Notes under the pieces: model-generated
Told to the model about the DNA's origin: nothing
Databases searched by the model: none
What the model saw: only the letters and a program-made list of their open reading frames with translations
Program-made: the position numbers and the translations under genes
Part shown: piece after piece, positions 1 to 6,543 of the stretch
How the letters are laid out: each line of letters begins with the position of its first letter
How positions within the stretch are numbered: the first letter of the stretch is position 1
NCBI GenBank assembly: GCA_016926735.1
Contig: JAFGOA010000103.1
Location: 1 to 12,890 of the forward strand
Direction of reading: 5' to 3'
Length of the DNA stretch: 12,890 nucleotides
Origin: Promethearchaeota archaeon
GTDB taxonomy: Archaea > Asgardarchaeota > Lokiarchaeia > Sigyniarchaeales > SOKP01

Positions 1-208
1 ATTTATTATATAAAATTAAAAGCATTTATAAAAAAGTAAAAGTTGATAATTATTCAAAATCATATCATATAATTAATTAAATTTTTTTGTTTCTAATAAA
101 TCATAGATTACAGATTTATTTCATAAATTTATTTTAGTATTTTTAATTTTGATGAATTAAAGATAAATAAACATCAATACAATAGATACTATAAATTTTG
201 GGCTCACA

Positions 209-1276
209 ATGAAAATTAAAATAGCTTTAACCAAGGGAGATGGTATTGGTCCTGAAGTTGTAAATGAAGGAATAAAAATTTTAAAAACTATTTGTGATTA
301 TACTGACTTAGACATACAATTTGAAGAAGCTCCTGCTGGTGGAAATGTATGGAAAGAAACTGGAGAAAGTTTACCAAAAAAATCGGTCGAAATAATTAAA
401 AATTCAGATGCACTATTATTTGGTGCTATTGGCCTTCCAGATATACCTCAGGGTGTAGCAGAATCTGCAATACTAAGATTGAGACAAGAATTAGATCTTT
501 ATATCAATCTTAGACCTATTAAACTCTATGATTCAATGAAGGAACAAAGTCCTCTCAAGGAAGAATATATTGGGAAGGGTATTGATTTTACAATAATTAG
601 AGAAAATACTGAAGGTTTATATGCTAATATTGGAGGATTCTTAAAAGATGATGTCGCTATAAATAGTATGGTCTATACAAAAAAGGGATGTGAAAGAATA
701 ATTCGATATGCTTATGAATTTGCAAAATTACATAAGCATAGTAAGATAACCTCTGTTGATAAAGCTAATGTTATAAAACCAAGTCAAATGTGGAGAAATA
801 TATTTCAGACAATTGGTAATGATTATCCTAATTTAGAACAGGAGAATTACTATATTGATGCTTTTTGTCAATGGATAATTCGAAAACCATATGCGTTTGA
901 GACTGTAGTTACAGGTAATTTATTTGGAGATATTATTAGTGATGAAGCAGCATTTTTAGTAGGTAGTTTAGGAATGGCTTCAAGTGGTAATATTCATCCT
1001 GGTAAAGTTTCAATGTATGAACCAATACATGGTTCTGCTCCAGATATAGCAGGTAAAGGTATAGCTAATCCTATAGGGACAATTTTAAGTATAAAATTAA
1101 TGATGGAAGAATCTATTAAGCAACCTGACATAGGTAAAAAAATAGAAAAAGCTGTTGAAATAAGTCTTAATGAAGCAAGAACAAAAGATATTAGTAATAA
1201 TAAACTAAAGATACTTTCTACGTCTCATATGGGAGATTTGATTGCTGAAAAATTAAAACAAGAATTAAAATTATAA
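209..1276 (+). CDS. leuB: 3-isopropylmalate dehydrogenase (isocitrate/isopropylmalate dehydrogenase family)
   Basis: Family motifs GDGIGPEV, LRLRQELDLYINLRP, RENTEGLY, VDKANV, NLFGDIISD and EPIHGSAPDIAGKGIANP. The Glu in 'AESAILRLR' matches the IPMDH-type 'E-x-x-L-L-x-L-R' segment. A related beta-decarboxylating specificity cannot be fully excluded. Confidence 0.85.
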   Translation: MKIKIALTKGDGIGPEVVNEGIKILKTICDYTDLDIQFEEAPAGGNVWKETGESLPKKSVEIIKNSDALLFGAIGLPDIPQGVAESAILRLRQELDLYINLRPIKLYDSMKEQSPLKEEYIGKGIDFTIIRENTEGLYANIGGFLKDDVAINSMVYTKKGCERIIRYAYEFAKLHKHSKITSVDKANVIKPSQMWRNIFQTIGNDYPNLEQENYYIDAFCQWIIRKPYAFETVVTGNLFGDIISDEAAFLVGSLGMASSGNIHPGKVSMYEPIHGSAPDIAGKGIANPIGTILSIKLMMEESIKQPDIGKKIEKAVEISLNEARTKDISNNKLKILSTSHMGDLIAEKLKQELKL

Positions 1277-1297
1277 TAATATCTTTAAAATTAAAGA

Positions 1298-2854
1298 TTA
1301 GATTATATTGCCTATTGTACTAAACATTACCTTTAATTGATCAAAAATTTCAAGTCTATATTCATTTCCAATTTTAAAAAACAAAAGAGATATCATTTTT
1401 TTTTCGAGATAATCATTTATATTAAACTCTTCCAGTAAATTTGACCAATCAGTAGTCTCATTTACTCTTATCCCCACTAAAATAACCCTTTTTTCTTGAA
1501 TAGATTCTATTATTTTTATTACTGTTTCTCTCCATTGAGAATTTATATTTTGTCGATTTCTTGCATCAAAGATACAAAATACTCCATCTGAGTCTTTTAC
1601 TTCCAAATTGTTGTAAATATAATTATTTAGAATAAGTCCATTATCATACTCGTACACACGTTTATCTGAATCTTCTATTGAATTTTTAATATTAAAATTA
1701 GATGAAATTGAATTTAAAACTTGTAAACCAGGGCTCCAATATTGATTTTCAGTTATAAATGTTATCTTTAGAGAATTATTTTGTTTTAATATGGAATTAA
1801 TTTCTGTAATAATATCTTTTTGTAGCCTTTCTTCTTCAAATTCTTTATTTTTTACTATATAATGGTATGAAATTAATCTAAATGCATCTGCTATATTTTC
1901 ACCAGTTAAAGCACTTGCTTCTATGTAAGAAACAGTACTTACGCCTTTTTCCATCAGTTCATTCGTAATTTTAACACCCTCTTTATATTCAACAACTCTT
2001 TCTTCTTTTAGATCAGATTTATTTCCAACAATTATAATTGGAAGTTCTTTTGTATTAAGAAATTCATTTATTTCATTAAACCATTCTATTATATTGTTAT
2101 ATGACTCTCTATTGGTTAAATCAAATACTATAAATGCAGCTTGAGCACCTAGATAATATGTTTTCCTAAATCGTTTAAAATATTTTTGCGCACCTATATC
2201 CCATATTGAAAATTTTATAGCATTTCCTAAGAAATCTATGGAGTGAGATAAAATATTTAAACCAATAGTTGCACGGTAATCATGAGAGAATTTATTTTCT
2301 ACAAACCTTCTTACTATAGACGTTTTACCCACCTCATGTTGACCAATAATGATAAATTTAAAACGGAATTTTCCTCCACGATCTAGTCTTAATTGATATA
2401 TTTGGTTTTTTAATCTATCTGTTTTTTTTGCTTCATATTCAAAATTTGGTATATCTAATTGAATTACATCATCTTCTTCAGCAATAAGCATCTGAGCAAT
2501 TTTTTCTGCTAAAAAATATGCATATGAAGTGACTTTATCTATTGATGCCATTGGATTGATAACTAAACTTAAAGTAGCGTCTTTAATTATAGAAATAAAT
2601 AGTAACCTATGATCTTTTGTATCAAAACTAGCCGTACCAAATTGTTGAAATGAGAATTCATCTCTTATTCTTACTAAAACAGGATTAACTACGGAAGTAA
2701 GTACAGATATGATTTCTATATTTATATTTTCTCTCTTTTCTCCAAAAATAATTAATCCATCAACATCAGAAACAATTATTGCTTCAACATCTTTGTTTAC
2801 TTTAAAGAAATTTTCACATAATTCCTTAAACATAAGTGTTAAATTACCAGACAA
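1298..2854 (-). CDS. Roadblock/MglB-domain + Rab-like small GTPase fusion with a C-terminal degenerate GTPase-like domain
   Basis: N-terminal Roadblock pattern (VEAIIVSDVDGLIIFG). Central G-domain: G1 GQHEVGKTS, G2 YRATIG, G3 WDIGAQ, G4 NKSD, G5 SAL, plus Rab-like YYLGA and IVFDLT. The C-terminal ~170 aa contain DGVFCIFDARN...VILVGIRV. The TTG start is preceded by an SD-like GTGAGGAG. Confidence 0.85.
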   Translation of the reverse strand: MSGNLTLMFKELCENFFKVNKDVEAIIVSDVDGLIIFGEKRENINIEIISVLTSVVNPVLVRIRDEFSFQQFGTASFDTKDHRLLFISIIKDATLSLVINPMASIDKVTSYAYFLAEKIAQMLIAEEDDVIQLDIPNFEYEAKKTDRLKNQIYQLRLDRGGKFRFKFIIIGQHEVGKTSIVRRFVENKFSHDYRATIGLNILSHSIDFLGNAIKFSIWDIGAQKYFKRFRKTYYLGAQAAFIVFDLTNRESYNNIIEWFNEINEFLNTKELPIIIVGNKSDLKEERVVEYKEGVKITNELMEKGVSTVSYIEASALTGENIADAFRLISYHYIVKNKEFEEERLQKDIITEINSILKQNNSLKITFITENQYWSPGLQVLNSISSNFNIKNSIEDSDKRVYEYDNGLILNNYIYNNLEVKDSDGVFCIFDARNRQNINSQWRETVIKIIESIQEKRVILVGIRVNETTDWSNLLEEFNINDYLEKKMISLLFFKIGNEYRLEIFDQLKVMFSTIGNII

Positions 2855-2862
2855 ATATTTTT

Positions 2863-2870
2863 CTCCTCAC
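2863..2870 (-). promoter_or_regulatory. Shine-Dalgarno-like site for the Roadblock-GTPase gene
   Basis: Minus strand reads GTGAGGAG, 8 nt before the TTG at 2854; a G-rich island in otherwise AT-rich DNA. Confidence 0.65.
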
Positions 2871-2944
2871 TTCATTAAAAAAATTTTAATATTAAATAAA
2901 ATATCAATTTTAATAAAAAAACACTATTAAAAATAGTTATTTTT

Positions 2945-2968
2945 ATTATAAGATATATATCTTATAAT
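2945..2968. promoter_or_regulatory. Perfect 24-bp palindrome in a divergent promoter region (candidate operator or bidirectional TATA element)
   Basis: ATTATAAGATATATATCTTATAAT equals its own reverse complement, contains TTATAA in both arms and ends 24 nt before the ATG at 2993. The palindrome is directly seen; the function is inferred. Confidence 0.55.
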
Positions 2969-2992
2969 TTTAAAAATCTGTCTAATAATAAA

Positions 2993-3565
2993 ATGCCCTC
3001 TTGTATAATTTGTCATAATGAAATTGAAAAAAAAAATAGTTTACATGAGGAATGCCCAAATGGTCATCAGATTCATAAAGAATGTTTAAAAAAGTGGTTA
3101 AGCCAATCTTATTATTGTCCATTGTGTAATTCTAAATATAATGAAGTTATAATTAATGAATTCAAACTATATCAAAAAGAAAAGGAAAAAGAAAAAGAAA
3201 AAGAATTAGAAATAAAAAAACAACAAGAAAATTTAATAAAGATTCAGAAAATAGAAGAAACAAATATTTTTTTAAAAATGATTGAATTTATCGAACAATT
3301 AATAGATAATGAAGAATATGAACAAGCATTAGATAAATTAGATGAATTTGAAGATAAAGAATCTATTGAGGATAAACATACTTTAATGTTTTTAAGAGGA
3401 AAGATTAATTTTATGAGAAAAAAGTATGATATAGCTATTAGTTATTTATTCAAATTGGTAAAAGAAAATTTTAATTATCCTGAAGCTTTTAATTATTTAG
3501 GAAAATCTTATAAAGCCTTAGGTCTTAATGATCAGGCTGAATGGGCTTTTAAAAGAGCAAAATAA
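2993..3565 (+). CDS. RING-H2 zinc finger + charged coiled-coil + TPR protein (putative E3 ubiquitin ligase)
   Basis: C4-x2-C7-x13-C21-x3-H25-x2-H28-x2-C31-x3-W35-x6-C42-x2-C45 is a C3H2C3 RING with the conserved Trp. A KE-rich linker follows, then C-terminal TPR-like units (LMFLRGKINFMRKKYDIAISYL; PEAFNYLGKSYKALGLNDQAEWAFKRA). Confidence 0.85.
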   Translation: MPSCIICHNEIEKKNSLHEECPNGHQIHKECLKKWLSQSYYCPLCNSKYNEVIINEFKLYQKEKEKEKEKELEIKKQQENLIKIQKIEETNIFLKMIEFIEQLIDNEEYEQALDKLDEFEDKESIEDKHTLMFLRGKINFMRKKYDIAISYLFKLVKENFNYPEAFNYLGKSYKALGLNDQAEWAFKRAK

Positions 3566-3577
3566 TTTTTTATAATT

Positions 3578-4147
3578 ATGTCAAATAGAGAAAAAGATAA
3601 ATCAATCGTTATTAAAGAAGTTCAGAAAGTATATACGTTTTTTTCAAGTAATAAAATATTCAGTAACTTAATTCCTGAAGTAAGAACTAATATCTCTGCA
3701 GCACTTTCAGACGTAAAAAATAAAGATGATATAGCTGCTATAGAGGGAAGAATTACAATAATTAACGGATATCCTAAAGCCTGTGGAGATATTAAATTTG
3801 GAATGTCAAATCATACTGCACGTTTATTACTTACAACAAAAAAATTTGATAGTTCTATAAATATTGTTATGAATATAAAATATATTCCTAATTTAATTGA
3901 AAAATTAAAATTAACCAAAATAAAAATGGAGGAAGTTCTAAGAAATAACCAATCTCATGAGATCAGAGTATCAGAAGATTCTACAATGCAATGGTTAATT
4001 AAAGAATGCTTTGAAAAAATAGGAAAAATCCCTGATATAATATGGGATAAAGGGGCTGTAGGAAAAGAACCAATGATTCGATTATTTGGCAAATCATCAG
4101 ATGATCTGATACTTCTTTTAAAACAAATCCTTGAATTAATCAAGTAA
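3578..4147 (+). CDS. thiN: Standalone ThiN-family thiamine-phosphate synthase
   Basis: ThiN motifs LIPEVRTNI, IAAIEGRI, FGMSNHTARLLL, MNIKY, STMQW and PDIIWDKGAVGKEPMIRLFG. No N-terminal ThiD or HTH domain. Adjacent to thiC. Confidence 0.85.
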   Translation: MSNREKDKSIVIKEVQKVYTFFSSNKIFSNLIPEVRTNISAALSDVKNKDDIAAIEGRITIINGYPKACGDIKFGMSNHTARLLLTTKKFDSSINIVMNIKYIPNLIEKLKLTKIKMEEVLRNNQSHEIRVSEDSTMQWLIKECFEKIGKIPDIIWDKGAVGKEPMIRLFGKSSDDLILLLKQILELIK

Positions 4148-4216
4148 AATAAGTTCTATAATTATTTCGTTTTTAGCTGCATTTTGGAATAATACTAATC
4201 ATATATTAAAAAGTGA

Positions 4217-5524
4217 TTATTTCATTCGATCTTTCATACAATCATCAAGAAGTTTGATTGCACAAAAATCTCCACACATACTACATTCTTGAGTATTATC
4301 TGATTTTCCATCTCTAAAATGTATTTTTTCAGCTAATTCTGGATCTATTGCACATTCTATCATTTTTTTCCAATCTAATTTTTTTCTGGCTAAATCCATT
4401 TTATAATCCCATTTTGAAGCGCGTTCTCCATATTTCGCTATATTTACAGCATGGGCAGCTATTCTCGAAGCAATTACCCCTCTTTTTACTTCTTCTTTAT
4501 TTGGAAGTCCTAAATGCTCTGAAGGAGTCACATAACATAGATAATCTGCCCCGGATAATCCTGCAATTGTACCCCCTATTGCACTTACAATTTCGTCATA
4601 ACCAGGTGCAATATCAGTAACTAAAGGACCTAATACATAAAATGGAGCATTATCACACAAAGATTTTTGTATTTTCATATTTTGTTCGATTTGATTAGCT
4701 GGAACATGACCAGGTCCTTCCACCATAACTTGTATATCGGATTTCCAGGCTTTTTTAACTAAATTTGATATTTCCATTAGTTCTTTTATTTGTATATAAT
4801 CTGTTGAATCAAAAATGCAACCAGGTCTACATCCATCTCCTAATGAAAGTGTAAAATCATATTCTTTTGCCATCTCTATCAAATAATCAAAATTATCAAA
4901 AAAAGGATTCTCTTTTTTATTATGAAGCATCCAAGCTGCTAAAAAGGTACCTCCTCTAGATACAATACCCATAATCCTTGGATGTTCTACTAAAAAATCT
5001 GCTATTTCCTTGGTTAATCCTGCATGAATTGTAAAAAAATCAACACCTTCTTTTGCTTGTTCTTCTACTACTTTAAAAAGATCATCTTCATCCATATGAA
5101 TTATAGCTCCTTTTTTTTCCAGAGCTCTCAATCCTGATTGATATATTGGAACTGTTCCTATAGGTACATTGATTTTATTCAAAATCTTATTTCTTATTTC
5201 TCTTACATCTGCTTCAGTAATTCCGGTACTAAGATCCATTATTGTATCTGCTCCAAATTTTACAGCAGTTTCTGCTTTCTCTATTTCATCTTCAACATTA
5301 AACACTTTTTTACTTGAACCAATATTAGCATTTATCTTTATAAGCAATCCTTTACCGATTCCAATAGGTGATTCTAAATTTCTTTTATTGGATTTTGGTA
5401 TTATTATTCTTCCTTTGGCTATACCTTTTCTGATAAATTCACTATCAAGAGATTCTTTTTCAGCGACTTTTTCCATTTCTTTTGTTATTTTTCCAGCTCT
5501 CGCCAGTTTCATTAAAGTAGACAA
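4217..5524 (-). CDS. thiC: Phosphomethylpyrimidine (HMP-P) synthase ThiC
   Basis: KINANIGSS, GADTIMDLSTG, PIGTVPIYQ, GIVSRGG, LSLGDGCRPG, QVMVEGPGHVP, YVTPSEHLGLP and a C-terminal Fe-S motif CSMCGDFC. The thiN neighbour favours ThiC over the BzaA/B/F paralogs. TTG start with GAGGA 9 nt upstream. Confidence 0.92.
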   Translation of the reverse strand: MSTLMKLARAGKITKEMEKVAEKESLDSEFIRKGIAKGRIIIPKSNKRNLESPIGIGKGLLIKINANIGSSKKVFNVEDEIEKAETAVKFGADTIMDLSTGITEADVREIRNKILNKINVPIGTVPIYQSGLRALEKKGAIIHMDEDDLFKVVEEQAKEGVDFFTIHAGLTKEIADFLVEHPRIMGIVSRGGTFLAAWMLHNKKENPFFDNFDYLIEMAKEYDFTLSLGDGCRPGCIFDSTDYIQIKELMEISNLVKKAWKSDIQVMVEGPGHVPANQIEQNMKIQKSLCDNAPFYVLGPLVTDIAPGYDEIVSAIGGTIAGLSGADYLCYVTPSEHLGLPNKEEVKRGVIASRIAAHAVNIAKYGERASKWDYKMDLARKKLDWKKMIECAIDPELAEKIHFRDGKSDNTQECSMCGDFCAIKLLDDCMKDRMK

Positions 5525-5533
5525 TATATCTAA

Positions 5534-5538
5534 TCCTC
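5534..5538 (-). promoter_or_regulatory. Shine-Dalgarno-like site for thiC
   Basis: Minus strand GAGGA, 9 nt before the TTG at 5524. Confidence 0.45.
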
Positions 5539-5668
5539 GAACAATAATTTATTTTCTTTGTTACATAATATATTTGAAATTATATTTTTTTCGCTTCCTT
5601 TAAGAAGATGGACCTAACATAAATAAATAAAATAAAAACTAAATATTGTTAATCCTAAATGAGAATGG

Positions 5669-6139
5669 TTATAAATTATGAATTAATTCTAATTTATGTA
5701 ATAGTCCTATCATAGAATCTGTTAATTTGTAATCTGATAGGTTTTCAATATGCACAAATTTAGCTTCTAATGCATCATCATTTGCTTTGGGTCTTGGATT
5801 TGTAGTATCTTCAATTAGATCGACATAATAATTTATTAAAATATAATGATATTTTATTTTTTTTTTTTCGTCGTATATAATTTTATCAAGTATACCTGCT
5901 AACCTATTCACTTTAACTTTTAAGCCTGTTTCCTCAAAAAATTCCCTTTCTGCACCAATTTTATTTTTTTCTCCTAATTTCAAATGACCTCCCGGTATAC
6001 TCCAAAAACCCGCATCCGGTTCATATTTTCGTTTGATTAATAAAATATGATTGTCTTTTATTAATAAACCTCCTACACCAATATGTGGAAAATGAGGATA
6101 TTTTCTATGATTTTTATAATTCTCTTTTTGTTTTTCCAT
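5669..6139 (-). CDS. Nudix hydrolase (ADP-ribose pyrophosphatase-like)
   Basis: Complete Nudix box G-HLKLG-E-KNKIGAE-REFFEETGL (GX5EX7REUXEEXGU), preceded by WSIPGG; DDALEAKF near the C-terminus. Confidence 0.9.
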   Translation of the reverse strand: MEKQKENYKNHRKYPHFPHIGVGGLLIKDNHILLIKRKYEPDAGFWSIPGGHLKLGEKNKIGAEREFFEETGLKVKVNRLAGILDKIIYDEKKKIKYHYILINYYVDLIEDTTNPRPKANDDALEAKFVHIENLSDYKLTDSMIGLLHKLELIHNL

Positions 6140-6320
6140 TATAAATATAATAATAGTTTATATTCTAAATTATTATCTGAAAATCAAAAAAATTTTTCAT
6201 CGTAGAATTTGGTCTTTTCAAATGATATAAAAGAATCACTATCAGAAAATTAAAAAATCAATATAATTTTTAAGAACTGGAATTTTTATAGACTTGATAA
6301 TTATCATTTAATTTAAGAAT

Positions 6321-6437
6321 ATGAAAATTTATATCATGAAATTAAAACAATTAAAATATTTTTATATAATTATTATTTTAATTTTTCTAATACCGCCCTC
6401 TATTTGCTTAAACGACCAAATAGAAAAAAAGGGTTAA
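6321..6437 (+). CDS. 38-codon signal-peptide-like ORF, probably the true 5' end of the 6544..7749 gene
   Basis: Translates as MKIYIMKLKQLKYFYIIIILIFLIPPSICLNDQIEKKG*: basic N-region, hydrophobic core, polar tail. It stops just after an A7 run (6424-6430). A TATA-like TTTTATA lies at 6284-6290. Not in the supplied ORF track. Confidence 0.6.
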   Translation: MKIYIMKLKQLKYFYIIIILIFLIPPSICLNDQIEKKG

Positions 6438-6543
6438 TACAACCATCAAGTCATAATATTCATACTTCTCAGACCAGCTCACCTCTATTTCAAGGGTTAT
6501 CTTTAAGTTTTTTTTTAGTAATCCTGTTTATATATCAGATGAA

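Noticed and set aside
2709-2930. 73-aa plus-strand ORF
   Set aside because: Antisense to the Roadblock-GTPase 5' end and runs into AT-rich intergenic DNA; shadow ORF.
3175-3205. (GAAAAA)n short tandem repeat
   Set aside because: Simply encodes the KEKEKEKE linker in frame; no evidence of an independent repeat element.
3955-4143. 62-aa minus-strand ORF
   Set aside because: Entirely antisense to thiN; no recognisable features.
3578-4147. ThiR transcriptional repressor
   Set aside because: No N-terminal HTH domain; the ThiN domain starts within about 30 residues of the Met.
4348-4620. 90-aa plus-strand ORF
   Set aside because: Antisense within conserved thiC; its Leu/Phe-rich composition is typical of shadow frames.
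5567-5586. AATATA-N8-TATATT inverted repeat upstream of thiC as a regulator box shared with the 2945-2968 palindrome
   Set aside because: Arms are A/T only and the spacing differs from the 24-bp palindrome; not distinguishable from chance by eye.
5169-5603. 144-aa hydrophobic plus-strand ORF
   Set aside because: Antisense mirror of the Lys/Glu-rich thiC N-terminus, which yields spurious Phe/Leu/Ser-rich sequence.
5525-5668. Possible TPP riboswitch upstream of thiC
   Set aside because: On the minus strand I find no CTGAGA, CCTGA or AGCGT/AGGGA core elements; the region is short and AT-rich. A weak GGATTAACA...TGTTAGGTCC stem with a U-rich loop is present but is not riboswitch-like.
5857-5868. 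T12 homopolymer in the Nudix gene as a phase-variation tract
   Set aside because: In frame (encodes EKKKI) with the ORF intact; such runs are expected at this AT content.
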